A stretch of 63,849 nucleotides of DNA, the filler included, from Olpidium bornovanus S191 (lineage: Eukaryota > Fungi > Olpidiomycota), in assembly GCA_017911155.1 (NCBI GenBank). It is 32 parts of 32 records of this genome, joined end to end, with 100 filler letters (N's around TTAATTAATTAA, not from the genome) between each part and the next. Parts side by side here need not be neighbours in the genome. Positions count along the whole stretch, not along the records: positions 25,568 to 26,705 come from JAEFCI010002701.1; positions 26,806 to 28,028 come from JAEFCI010005628.1; positions 28,129 to 31,243 come from JAEFCI010010674.1; positions 31,344 to 33,713 come from JAEFCI010010855.1; positions 33,814 to 35,109 come from JAEFCI010003253.1; positions 35,210 to 36,348 come from JAEFCI010003816.1; positions 36,449 to 37,881 come from JAEFCI010011536.1; positions 37,982 to 40,452 come from JAEFCI010008180.1; 24 more parts are not named here. One strand, given 5' to 3'. Positions 26,194-38,203 of the stretch are shown here, piece after piece; within the stretch, counting starts at the first letter, position 1; the number at the start of each line of letters is the position of its first letter. The position numbers were made by a program, and so were the translations under genes. The notes beneath the pieces were generated by a model. The model had not been told where the DNA came from, did not search any database, and worked only from the letters and a program-made list of their open reading frames with translations.

Positions 26194-26589
26194 TCACCGA
26201 ATTCTGTTGCATACGTCACCACGCACATCTGTCGCCGCCATTTTCTGCGTCTGTTGTACTTTTGCCGCTTTTTCATCTGCTCATACCCCCCCTTCCTGTC
26301 CCTCCCCTCAAGAAGGAAACAATTCCATTTTGTAATTTGCCGCGGCCCATTCTCTCCCACCCCGTTTTTGGGCCACTGAGGTGGGAAGGGGGCGTCAGGC
26401 TGCCGCTCGGGATGTCATTTGGTGCGGCTTTTTGCGCGTCAGGCGAGAACACCGGCCACAAATCGCGACCGGAAAGGCACCACTGCCCTCTAGCCGCGAT
26501 TTTGGCCGGGGGAAAATTGAGGGCGGGAAGTCCTGGAAAAACCCCCGCAGCCGAGCGGGGAGCCTACCGAGGTTTGCAAGATCCGGGTC

Positions 26590-26628
<39 letters not shown>

Positions 26629-27622
26629 TACCTCGGCACCCCCCCGCACCCCCTCACCCGCACCTGGGGCTCTCTCTGCGCGGGCGGCAGGGGCGGCGGG
26701 GGGGGNNNNNNNNNNNNNNNNNNNNNNNNNNNNNNNNNNNNNNNNNNNNTTAATTAATTAANNNNNNNNNNNNNNNNNNNNNNNNNNNNNNNNNNNNNNN
26801 NNNNNCATGCTTCCTTCAACTCGGAATAACCACAGCTGGCGACGTTTGAAGAATGTCGTCGAAAGAGTAGAGCACAGAAAATTAGATAAAGCTCGCTCAT
26901 AAGCATACGAACCCACCTGCTTCCCTTCGCTGTTGGGAAACCGACGAGGTTGACACCTACCTGGCGCAGCTGTGCCGGACCGCCGAGAGCAACTTCGTAA
27001 CGCTCCACAATATAGGAGTATCCTCAGCGCAGCGGAACTGTTTGGAAAATGTATCGTCAGAGATTTAGGTTGCAAAAAACGAAAACACGGCGGTCATGCG
27101 CGTATCAACTCACCTGCTCCACCTGGCAGTTGGAGAGCCCGGCCGACGCACAACGAAGGGAAGTTGGCGCATGACTCGCGGGAGCTGTGCCGGGCATCCG
27201 AGGGCAACTTCGCGACACGTTTGAGTGGCAGCAGCGATGCTGCATGTATCGAAGAGACAGCCTTGGGCTTCCGCCGCGTCGCGTGTTTCTGTTTGCGCCG
27301 CCGCGCCGATAATTTTAAAGACGGTTAGTTCGTGGCAACCAGGAGTTTCTTGACAGGCGGTTTTGGTGACCTCTCGCTCGAGGTCTTTTTTCTCGCGAAA
27401 GACAGCGTTGCGGCGCGGAAGGAAGAAGAGGGAGGAAAGAGAGGGGGGGGGGAGGCCGGGGGAGAGTGTCGCCAGTTTCGCGCTTACCGCGTTTTGGACG
27501 AGATTCTTCTGGAGACTGTCACGGCGCGGTACGGGGTGCGCAACGCTTGGCCGGCGGCGTCGGGTGGGGCGGGGGGGGGGGGGAAAGGGGGGGGGGGGGG
27601 GGGGGGGGGGGCGCGGGGGGGG

Positions 27623-27654
<32 letters not shown>

Positions 27655-28139
27655 AAAGGTGACGGGGGAAGAAGGCGGCGGCAGCGCGTGCTGTTCCCGG
27701 TCTGTTTCTCTCGTTCGCGAGTGCTTATGCGCTTTTATGGCGCGAGTTTCGGGAAAGGAGAGCTTGAGGGAGTTTAGAGAGTGCGACGCGGGGGGCGTGG
27801 CGTGAGCGGCGGGCTTGCGAGGGGAGGGTGCGAGCCGCAAACCTTTTTTTTTTCTTGGCTTTTTTTTTCGAGAAGGTTCGTTGAGCTTCGGCCGGCTGGC
27901 CCGTTTGCGGAGGAGAGAGATGGGGGGGGGGGGGGGGGGGGGGGGGGCGGGGATTGGCGGGCGCCGGGCGGGGCCTGTGGCGGAGGGAGCCTTGGCAAAG
28001 GGTCCCCCCCTGCGGGGGCGCCGTCAGGNNNNNNNNNNNNNNNNNNNNNNNNNNNNNNNNNNNNNNNNNNNNTTAATTAATTAANNNNNNNNNNNNNNNN
28101 NNNNNNNNNNNNNNNNNNNNNNNNNNNNATAAAAATTAT

Positions 28140-28310
28140 GAAAATATGAAACAGAGAGAGAAAGAGAGAGGAGAAAAAAGGGGAGAGAGAGCGAGGGGGA
28201 GAGAGAGAGAGAGAGAGAGAGCGAGCGCGAGAGAGAGAGAGAGAGAGAGTGAGTGAGAGTGAGTGAGAGTAAGAGAGAGAGAGACAGTGAGAGTGAGAGT
28301 GAGAGAGAGA
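28140..28310. repeat. (GA)n/(GAGT)n microsatellite
   Basis: Direct inspection. A similar tract occurs at 46990-47075. Confidence 0.9.
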
Positions 28311-28560
28311 AAGGAAGATTGATGCGCTCTTGAAGGCGCGTTCCTAGGAAAAGTGATAATCCCCGGCGGACCCGTCGCCCCTTTTCAAAAGGATCGACGG
28401 ACTGTCACTGTGCCTGGCGGCGCTCCAATGGGCGGGCGGCCGGGAGCCCGGCGGGCGCTCGGCGAACGGTATCCTCGGCCAAACCGCGCGCGACAAACGG
28501 ACCGAAACAAAAAAAAAAAAATAACTCCCGCCCCCGATTAGTGGTTGGGGACGGGAAGTT

Positions 28561-30684
28561 TCAAGGATTGACGATCGCCAGGTTCTGCAGCGTCTCGCGC
28601 TCGACGGGAGATGACGCCCCTTCTCCTCCTGCGCCGGCGGCTGGGGCCGGCGCCGGGCCGGGGGCGGGGGCTGACGTGTTCGCCAAGGCCGCGCACGCGA
28701 ACGGAGTCAACGGCGACGTCACCAACAGCGGCAGCTGCGATGGCGGGCGGGTGTTAAACTCGGCCCTGCGCACAAATAAATCGCGAGGGGGGGCGGGGCA
28801 AAATTCGCCGGCGGTAGGAGTGGGGGGGGGATGGGGAATAGCGAATTCGCCGGCGCCAGGGGAAGAGGGGGTAAGCCGGCCGTTGCATCGCAGTTTAGCC
28901 GTCGGTTACCCGCTCGTCGCCGCAAAGCTCTCGATGCCTGGACCCCGGTACGTACAGCGAGCAGCGCATATCGTTGGCGGAGAGCATTTCGTACGCCTCG
29001 CACGCCGAGATCGGGCGATGCGCGTCGCCTTGGGCGTACAGGCCCGGATGCTGCTGCACCGACGAGTACTTTTGGGCCCGGGGGTACGGCTGCCCCTGGC
29101 CGACGAGCAGCGCCGGAATGTTCTCCCCGGGAACGTACGGTAGCGTGGTCGTGGGGAGATAAGCAGTTGGGGAGGTTGTCGGCGAGACGTACGGTTCTGA
29201 GACCGCACCGGTCGCTGCGGACAAGTACGTGCCCGTTGCGGGCGGAAAATACGTCCCAGGGTTGACCGCGTAAACCTCCGCAAGGGATAACGGCTGTTGC
29301 TGGTGGTACGGATCAGCCGCGTAGTAGTCCGGCCTCGCTTGGTTCATGGGGAGAAATGTGGGCGACACCAGCCCAGCCGAGCTGGCCACCACAAACGACT
29401 CGCGTGCGCTAGGGCCCGGACAGGAGGACAAGGGCGGAAGCGCCATGGAGTAGCGCCGCGAGCCGTTGTCGGACTTGCGCCTTCTTAAACGTCCTTCGTC
29501 AGAGCAGTCGCCTCCGGAGTTTTTCGCCTTCCGCCGGAGAGCGACGATGATTACGGCAGCTGAGATCAAGGCCAACGCGACCACGCCGCCAACGATGACT
29601 CCTGCGAGTTTTGTTGCGTCCAGTCCGTGCGGCAGCGAAGCCTGCGAAGACGCGCCCATGGCGTTTATTGTCCGCTGGACGCCAATGGCGCACTGGAAAT
29701 TGTTCACTGTTCATTAGGCAGGATAAAATGGGGTTAGTGGGCGCGAGAAACTTTACGTGAAAATAGACGTGCGGTCAGCGAGAAACGGCTCACTCTTGAT
29801 GTGCCCAATGATGTACCATCTCCCCGTGCCGAGGAAGAGTCCTTGGTCGAAGTTGAGAGGTTCTGACGGTACGCCGAAAATGGTCGGCGTGTCCGTGACA
29901 AGGACTTGGCCGGTAGTTGTATCATTGGTCGGCTGCCTCGACAACGTTAGCTCCCCCGGCTTGCAGGCCGCTTCATTTCCTCCTCAAAACCGACGCAGCG
30001 GATTCGTTTACCTGTACCCATGGTTCGCAAACCACCCCCTGCACGTGCAAAAACGACGCGGGATCAGAAAGTTACCGTCGCCAACCGCCGGAAGGCGAGC
30101 GGTAGGACTGTATATCATCCCAAACGACGCACGCACCGGGCCGACTTGGCAGGCGTGGATATTCGCGTGCCATATGCAGCAATTGTGGTCCGTCCGCGGC
30201 GACACGGCGCAGGACTGCGCACCGTCGGCGGGATTAATTTTGTCGAAGCACAGTTTGGGGCCGAGCCCGCTGCTTGTGAAGTTGCCCAGCAGATTTTTGT
30301 TGTCCTCGTAAAAAGTCCTCGAGAGGATAACGATGACGCTGGCGACCAGCTTCGTGTCCGGGGTGAGGTTATCAGTCGGCAAGCGCTGGACCCACTTCAT
30401 GTCGAAGCCGCTGAGCTGGATCGTTTCGCCGGGCGTCCCCATGTTTACGCCGTTCGCGGTGCTGGCGGCGTCGCTCGTGGGGACGGTGTAGCAATGGGGT
30501 TGTTGGTCGCCCTGGAAAAGCAACCGTAAGGAAGCTCTGGGTAAGTTTTGGGGCGGTCGAGGCGTTTTGTCGCAGCGTTCTGACGGTCGCGGGCGCCGGT
30601 GCGTGCCTGGGTCCAGTGGTCGGCCGCGGCGAGAAGCGCGATCGCCAGGTTCGCCAGCGCGATCGGAACGAGGATCGCACGCAT
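28561..30684 (-). CDS. Predicted single-pass type I membrane protein of unknown family, multi-exon
   Basis: Signal-like MRAILVPIALANLAIALLAAA; Cys-containing ectodomain (PKLCFDKINPADGAQSCAVSPRTDHNCCIWHANIHACQVG); TM helix LAGVIVGGVVALALISAAVIIVAL followed by RRKAK; Tyr/Pro/Thr-rich tail. Exon boundaries are only partly resolved. Confidence 0.7.
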
Positions 30685-31074
30685 TCTGCGAAAAAGGTGG
30701 GGTGTAGGATGGTCAGCTGAGAGAACGGGGGGGGGGGTGGGGCGCCAGATCGCGCGCGGACGACGGTGGCCGTGACGGGAGCAAGAGCCGCTGGCGCGCG
30801 GGAGAACTCGCGACGAAACGGGGGCTGACTTTGGCGTGTAGCCGCACAAACCCGAGCGCAGAGCTGCCCCGCAGCAGCTCGCGACGGCGGGGCTGGCGCT
30901 GATCCCGACGTCTCTTCCCGCCCCGACTCCGCTCGGTTTGGGCGGCCGGTCGGGGGGCCGGGGGCGGGGACGACCGGCTCTTTAAGCTTTCTCCCGCTTT
31001 ATCGCCCGGGCTCTTCCGCCGCTCCGGCCCGGCGCTTTTCGACGAAACAGCGCCGCCTCGGGGACCGCCGCCGC

Positions 31075-31109
<35 letters not shown>

Positions 31110-31343
31110 AAAAAAACCCCCACTCCACCAACAACAACAACAACAACCGCCGCGGCCCCCCTCCCCCCAAAAGGGATCCTCCCCTCTTCCTCCAGCTCCG
31201 ACCATGGTGCGTACCCATCCCGCCGTCCGCCGTCGCCTCCGTCNNNNNNNNNNNNNNNNNNNNNNNNNNNNNNNNNNNNNNNNNNNNTTAATTAATTAAN
31301 NNNNNNNNNNNNNNNNNNNNNNNNNNNNNNNNNNNNNNNNNNN

Positions 31344-31380
<37 letters not shown>

Positions 31381-31399
31381 ACCCCCCCCCCCCCCCCCC

Positions 31400-31454
<55 letters not shown>

Positions 31455-31476
31455 GGCGCTGTCGTACTTTTTTCTT

Positions 31477-31512
<36 letters not shown>

Positions 31513-32399
31513 TGCCGCCATCGCGCGCGCCTGCATATATCTTTCTTGCCGCTGTCGTGGCCTGGCCCCTCAAATTTTTTTCTTTTTTTTTTTTTTTTTT
31601 TTTTTTTTTTGAGTATACAGATTTTCGTTCATACCAATTCACACAAACTCAAAGGCTACGAACTCAAGCAAAAAAATTGCATCTATGTACAAGGCGCGCA
31701 TCACACGTCTACACGCGTCGATTTTTTCCGATAAAATGGTGGTATGATACTATTAAGTTTCGAGAGTGCTAACAATTTCTAATGGCAAGGATAATCATTG
31801 CGCAGGCGTCATCCATTGCAGGCATGAGCCCTTTGCGTGGTATGAAAGGGCCTGGTAAAATCTGCGTGCTGGATTACTAGCAAATCGGTGCACGATTCTA
31901 TTGTTGCCTCATCCAATCTCCAATTTGCAGGCTGCACATGATGGAAGCTAGCCTCACATTTTAACAATCTGCACTGATATGCCTGTGGGATACTTTGTTT
32001 TCTTTTCCGTCTTCCTCACAGGCAATAACTCGGCCTTAATTTCTTCAGCCGTCTTCACAGGTACAGTCTTCTCGTTGTTTCCGGTGTGGTGGTCAAAGGT
32101 TCGTTCGTGTGCCAGGGTTACCCTGGTATAAACCGTAAAAAAAGGCCAGGTGGGCGCCAAATACTCACCGAGTATTAGGTTTAGGTTAAGCTTAAAAAAG
32201 GAAGGAAGCCCCGTTGACGTTTTATTCTGGTTTTCATTGATCTATTTTTAAGGGGGCTCCGTTTCCGGTGAACTTCACCTGGGGTGCCTCATTCCCGTTG
32301 AACTTTCCTTCTCAGGGAATTTTATTCTGGCCCATATTGGGCTCCCTACGCACAACCCCCTTCTTTTCCAAACTTTCCGAGCTGCCCCCCCCTGTCCCC

Positions 32400-32560
32400 T
32401 CCTTCAACCCTCACGCCCCCCGCCCCCCTTCAACCCGAACCTCCCCCCCCTTCAACCCGAACCTCCCCCTTCAACCCGAAAGCCCCCGCCCCCCTTGAAC
32501 CTGACTTCCCGGGCCCCCGTTCAACCCAAAACCCTCCCCTTCAAACCGAAACCCCCACCT
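32400..32560. repeat. Degenerate minisatellite with core CCCTTCAACCCGAA
   Basis: About 6 imperfect copies. A separate two-copy ~39-bp repeat (CATCGATGGGA...GAGCAAT) lies at about 32703-32780. Confidence 0.7.
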
Positions 32561-33329
32561 CCCCCTTCCTGGCCAGCCCGCCGCCCGTCGCCCCACCAGC
32601 CGCCGCCTGCCATTCCGTCCCCACGTACGCAATGTTCGTGTTATGGGTGGAGTTGGTGGTTCAGGGAACGTTTCGCCAAGAGGGTTTACGTACTTGGGCC
32701 CTCATCGATGGGAACGGATTGATGGGAAGATGTGAGCAATACATCGATGGGACCAATCGATGGGAAGACACGAGCAATGACTGGTCCTTGGGGTATCAAT
32801 GCTCCAAAGCCTGACTGCCTGACTGCCCCTTTTTCCCCAGTAGCTCAAGCTAGATTTGCAAAACAAATCCCCTTCCCGGGTATGTTCCACACTCCTCACC
32901 CGGTTCTTTCTTTTCTGACGTGCACCCCTTTCATCCGGCACCTGCGACAAACAGCAACAAACACCCCACTGTCTCCTTAACGCTGTTTCACCAGTCCCTC
33001 ATCCCGTTCCTCGGCTCTTTGCTGTTGGCCTTGAAATGGGCTGCGCTACACGTTCCATCATGTCAAAGAGGGCTTCACAGGTGTGATGTGTCGCGCTCGG
33101 CGACCCGTCGGGGAGAACATCCGACAACCCGCCGGGGGCCATACGGGTAGAACCCCTGTTCGTCGAGGATTAATTCTCCGGCTGCTCGGGGCTTTTCCCT
33201 TTTCCCCCTTTGCCCCCCCGGGGACGCCACAACCAACCCCCCGAAACCGCCTCAACCTTGCCCGCGGGTCCCCGCACATTCCGCACATAGCCCCGCACAT
33301 TCTGCGAGGCCATCACGGGACCCAAAGGC

Positions 33330-33713
33330 GCACATTGGGACGCCTCCATGCGCAAAGAATTGGAGTCATTGAAATCTAACGGCGTCCTTGAGCTTGTCCC
33401 TCTTCCACAGGATGTCCGCCCTATATCCGGCAAATGGGTCTATCGCATCAAGTTCAACCCGGACAGCACCATCGCCTCTTACAAGAGCCGATATGTTGCT
33501 CATTCACCTAACGGAAGCATATTGATTACGAGGAGACATTTTCTCCAGTCATATCTTTTTCGGCGCTTCGTTTCATTCTTGCAATTGCTGCTTTCCATCG
33601 CTGGCCTATCCGCGCACTTGATTTCATCACGGCATATCTTAACAGTCCCCTCGACCGACCGATCTATCTCTCTCAAATTGAAGGTTATGCGGACCCCCAT
33701 CACCCTGACATGG
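33330..33713 (+). mobile_element. Ty1/copia reverse transcriptase, N-terminal fragment
   Basis: WDASMRKELESLKSNGVLELVPLPQDVRPISGKWVYRIKFNPDSTIASYKSRYVA, then a frameshift, then GIDYEETFSPV..LRFILAIAA..LDFITAYLNS.LDRPIY. Confidence 0.93.
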
Positions 33714-34269
33714 NNNNNNNNNNNNNNNNNNNNNNNNNNNNNNNNNNNNNNNNNNNNTTAATTAATTAANNNNNNNNNNNNNNNNNNNNNNNNNNNNNNN
33801 NNNNNNNNNNNNNCATGCTTAAACTACAAATGCCCTGCTTCCTCGTCGAGGATACGTAGGCAGTCTATGATCGTTGAATATTCATCGGTAGATGCAGGAT
33901 AAAGAGACTGTTGCAACTCGAGACGCGACAGGTTGTTAAGGGGCAACTCGGGACCGGACCGTTCTCACTCGTCGATCACATCTGCTGTTAGTGCTATCTG
34001 CGGCGTTATAGATGGTTGGGTCGACCAGTAGGAGCGTGGCGCCCCGAGGGGCTAAAATTCGAGATAAAAACAATGCGAGAGGCTCGACCAAACTAGGACC
34101 GACAAATTCTAAAGCTTCATTTTAAAATTCCAACACAACTGCGGTTTTTTCTCTGATTTTTTTTTCTTCTCCTTTTCTACGCCAAGCGACGAGAGCGAAA
34201 GGGCTACGGAGCAGTGGACGTATCCGCTGGCGCCACAACGGATGTCGACAAGTCACCGCTTGGTGGAGC

Positions 34270-35108
34270 CTAGGACGGTCCACCGGAACGCGGGGCCGAC
34301 GAGGAAGATCCACTGGTAGACGACGAGGAATCGGTGGAGGTTGTGGGCGCGGAGGCCAATGCCGTGGAACCTGACGACGACGGGATGACGGTGCCGGTTG
34401 TCCGCGACCGTGTGGAACGAAGCCCGCTGGGGGCGGTGACAGGAGCGATCCGGCGACTTGTTGAGGAGGAGGAGGAGGAACCGGGAGCTGGTGGAAGGAT
34501 GGCACTTCTGGTTGCCGAAGCGGGGGGAGCGCGAGTCTGTGACCGAGTCACGCGATCCGTCGGAGGCGGGGCGCTCTCGTTCCCGCCACCTCCCTCAGGA
34601 TTGTCGTCGTCGCGCGAAACATCTCGCCAAACGTCTGAGAAGAGAAAGGTTTCTGAACGTGTTTGACCCTGATCGACCCGGGAGATGTCAATGGGCGGAT
34701 CTTCCCGAGCAACAGCGAGCCGACGGAGGAAATTATATTACTCGGCACTTTGGCGAAGCTCGGGGAACCAGGAGGTCCGGGCGCGAGGAGAGACGGCTGC
34801 CGGGGCATCGTCGGGGAGCTCGACATCTGGTTGCGGCAAGGAAACCGGGCGCATGAGAACACGGACTTAAATATAACTGTCATCAGCGACGGGAGCGGGA
34901 CGCGGATCATAGTCGCGATCCTCAGGGCCACCAGGACCACAGTAGTGCGTGTCTGACGGCAGGAACAGAAATTCCAAGTCGCGGAGATCCGCGGGCAGCC
35001 AAAAGGTGGCTGGCCAATTCATGACCTGGAGGAACGCCTCGATCATGGAACGGCGAAGTCTGCAAGGAATCAAGCGCGAGGTTATTTGCCAAAGTGAGGT
35101 TACATTAC
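34270..35108 (-). pseudogene. Disrupted member of an unrecognised gene family (paralog of 40849-41626)
   Basis: LRRSMIEAFLQVMNWPATFWLPADLRDLEFLFLPSDTHYCGPGGPEDRDYDPRPAPVADDS...SRVDQG aligns to the 41194-41626 exon. In-frame TAA at 34867-34869 and 34738-34740. The frame continues as a Ser/Thr/Pro tail to TAG at 34270. Candidate phase-2 intron 35108-35060. Confidence 0.75.
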
Positions 35109-35209
35109 GNNNNNNNNNNNNNNNNNNNNNNNNNNNNNNNNNNNNNNNNNNNNTTAATTAATTAANNNNNNNNNNNNNNNNNNNNNNNNNNNNNNNNNNN
35201 NNNNNNNNN

Positions 35210-35740
35210 GGAGGGGGCAACCGGTTCGGGGAATTCACAGATTCACGGGGATCACAAGATTCACGGAATCTGCGGAGGTGGGGGCAGGAGCTAGAGCAGG
35301 AGCAGAGACCGATGCCGAATCTGTGATTCCCAGATATGCAGGATTCGCAGGCTCACAGGATTCGCAGATTCGCAGGATTTGCGAATTTGTACTCGCGGAA
35401 CTGGAGCCCGAGCTGGAATTCGCAAATCCAGATTAGTCGCTGACGTTCCTAGTTTTGGCTTCTGAAGACGCCTCTCAATTACCCAAAATCAGCTTGGTCC
35501 GGCGTTCATGTGAGGAGAAGTGGAACTCATAAAAAATTATGTGCATAAGTCTTGTGCGTTGCGGTGTCGCTCTTGTCGCGTCCTTCTGTCCCCTCGCGCC
35601 CCGTCGCGCACGTCGCATCCGTCGCCGGCTTCGCGTGCAAGCTCGCAGATTTGCAAGATTTGCTCATGCGCGCGAATTGAGAGTTTGCACGACCTGCAGA
35701 TATGCAGTTATCGCAGATTTGGCAACTGGCAAATTCAGAC
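35210..35740. repeat. Clustered short degenerate repeats (GATT[C/T]GCAG-type), possibly transposon subterminal
   Basis: Many GATTCACAG, GATTCGCAG, GATTTGCA and GATATGCAG motifs at 35225-35430 and 35640-35730. No convincing CDS. Confidence 0.45.
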
Positions 35741-37026
35741 TCACGAAGCCGGGCTTTCATGGACCGCAAAGAAATTTGTGGGAAGTTTTGGATTACCTTG
35801 CAGCACAACCCCAGAAGTCCTCGGCAAACCATGGAAAATTTTTTTTTTATTTGGTGGGGGGCGTCGTTGCCAAAGAGCGTCGAAATCCACGGTTCGCCGC
35901 CTCTAGGGCCCGCTCATTCTTGGGCCGGCGTTCGCCAGAATTTCCGTGAGACGAGCGCGACGAGTTCACGCGAGGACGTGAGCCTGGGAGCTCTCGGGCA
36001 ATGCAGGACGGGACGTGCCGTCCAAAACGAATGTGGACGTGTGACCTACGTCGAAAACGTTTTGCCGAACATAAACGAGCTGTTTTTGACCCGCAGAGAC
36101 ATTTAGGGATAACCTTGTTTTTCGGACCAAAAACAGGGTGTGAAGCTGCTTTTATTCTCGATTAAGGCCGTCGACGGTGTGCTCAAAACTCAAAAGACTG
36201 GCCGTACGGGACACTCGGAAACCAGACTTATCCCGCGAGTTTTTTTAGCGTAGGAACTGAAACGTCGGAAAGTACCGCCAGGAGGTGTTTCACTCGCGAG
36301 AAGTGGCACGTGGCGGGAGAAAGACTCCGGTAATTTTACCCGGCAAAANNNNNNNNNNNNNNNNNNNNNNNNNNNNNNNNNNNNNNNNNNNNTTAATTAA
36401 TTAANNNNNNNNNNNNNNNNNNNNNNNNNNNNNNNNNNNNNNNNNNNNCATGCTACTTTCGTTGCTGGCACCAAATAAAAACCAAAGGTATAGTTTGCAA
36501 AGCTTTAGGGCACGAATTTGCAATGCGTTTAACTAAACTGCCAATTAGAAGATGCAAAATCAAAGAATGAAGTGCACCTTCTGCAGGCCAAGCTGTTAAC
36601 CACAAAGCTATTTAGATTTTACAACGAGGAGCGGCATAATCTTTTGGGCCAAATCGAAGAGGTGGGTGGCGTGCCCGTGTGCTGCGCAGTATCGGAACAC
36701 CTCTGATTTTGCGGATCTGATGATTCCCTCAACTCAAAGCAGGGCTCCGCTCCCCTTGATCTTAGATGTGCGGCAGAAGGTGTAGTGGATCGCCCTTTAT
36801 TGATATCGATACCTCCTCTTCATATCGATACCGCGCGAGTTCCCTTCGATGCCAACCCCCATTGCAACGATACTGATGCCACGTGGCCCCACTTCGATGT
36901 CGCTCCCCTTTGACGCCACGTGGGCACGTGACCAATCGATAAGTACGTAAAACCCCTACACCAGCCTTTATAATTGGCTACACATCGGCGAGCTTTGCTC
37001 CCTCAGAGATAACGCCAGGGTTACCC

Positions 37027-37284
37027 CTCGTCAAGTACTATTCGCATGCCGAGTTTCAAAATTTTTCTATCTGATCTCTTGCGCTGGTGGCAAGTGACCA
37101 GGTTTGGGGTCACGTGAAAACTATTAATACTATTTTCGCGTTTTTTCGAGTAGAGCATTCTCAAGATCCTGTGATCAGATGTGGCACCGCTTTGGCGTGC
37201 CTTGAAAGCTCTCGTCGAGTAATATAAGCCTGCCGAGTTTCAAAATTTTCCGCTTCAATCTCACCTGCTGGTGGTAAGATCAGT
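37027..37284. repeat. Diverged direct repeat with ~184-bp period
   Basis: CTCGTC(A/G)AGTA(C/A)TAT..GC(A/C)TGCCGAGTTTCAAAATTTT...GCTGGTGG(C/T)AAG at about 37027-37100 and 37211-37284. Confidence 0.75.
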
Positions 37285-38050
37285 GCGGGGGCTGGTGTGA
37301 ATGTTGGATATTTCTTCTTTCTCGTTTGAATCCCGGGCGGTTAGTCGGAACCCCTAAATGTGTTATACTAGTTTTACGCGTCAAACCTCTTTTCTGAATA
37401 AACCAACGCGGCGAAACACATAACTTAACAGGTTATGAGGCCAAACGGACTCTGACGGCCGTACTCGCAGGTCGGCTACGCCTCCCGGCACCCGCAGCTC
37501 GGCTTCGCCTTCGCCATCTTTCCGGCCGCCGCCGCCTCTTTCGCCGCCCCCCGGCACCGTTTACGCTCCGCCCATCGGCACCGTCGGCGCTTCGCCCCCG
37601 GCGCCGCTCGCCGCCGTCGTTCGCCGCCGCCGCTTTCCGGCAGCGCCGCCTTCACCGCCACTGCCGCTTTCCGGCCGCCGCTGCTGCTTTCGCCGCCGCC
37701 GCCTTCGCCGCCGCTTTCGCCGCCGCAGCGCCGCCGCAGCGCCGCCTTCGCCTGCATCCGTCATGACACTGCTGCTCGCAGCGAAGTCGCCAACAGGCGC
37801 ATCTGACGGGTCGTCGTGGCGTCCTGGACGGCTTACCAACGAAGGTTGCGGTCCGCCCAATAAAGCCGTAAGGGCTAAGCANNNNNNNNNNNNNNNNNNN
37901 NNNNNNNNNNNNNNNNNNNNNNNNNTTAATTAATTAANNNNNNNNNNNNNNNNNNNNNNNNNNNNNNNNNNNNNNNNNNNNCCGAAATCCAGAAAAAAAG
38001 GAAAAAAAAAAAAAAGAAAAAAGATAAAAAAACAGAGGCCGGGAACGTAC

Positions 38051-38150
38051 AGGTCATCCCGGCGGCTGCCGTGGGGGCGGCGGCCAGCAAGAGAAGGCAT
38101 GACGCCGCCGAGAGGAGCGCCGCGGCAGGCGGTCGAGGTCGCAGGCGCAT
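38051..38150 (-). CDS. First exon of a predicted secreted protein (signal peptide)
   Basis: MRLRPRPPAAALLSAASCLLLLAAAPTAAAGMT followed by a GTACGT donor. The rest is cut by the gap. Confidence 0.55.
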
Positions 38151-38159
38151 GTGTTGCTT

Positions 38160-38203
<44 letters not shown>

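Noticed and set aside
34738-34869. Stop-codon reassignment or readthrough suggested by two in-frame TAA codons
   Set aside because: Conserved genes in the window end normally at TAA (AGC kinase, CUL4, CSL4, PYM1) with no internal stops. Pseudogenisation is the simpler explanation.
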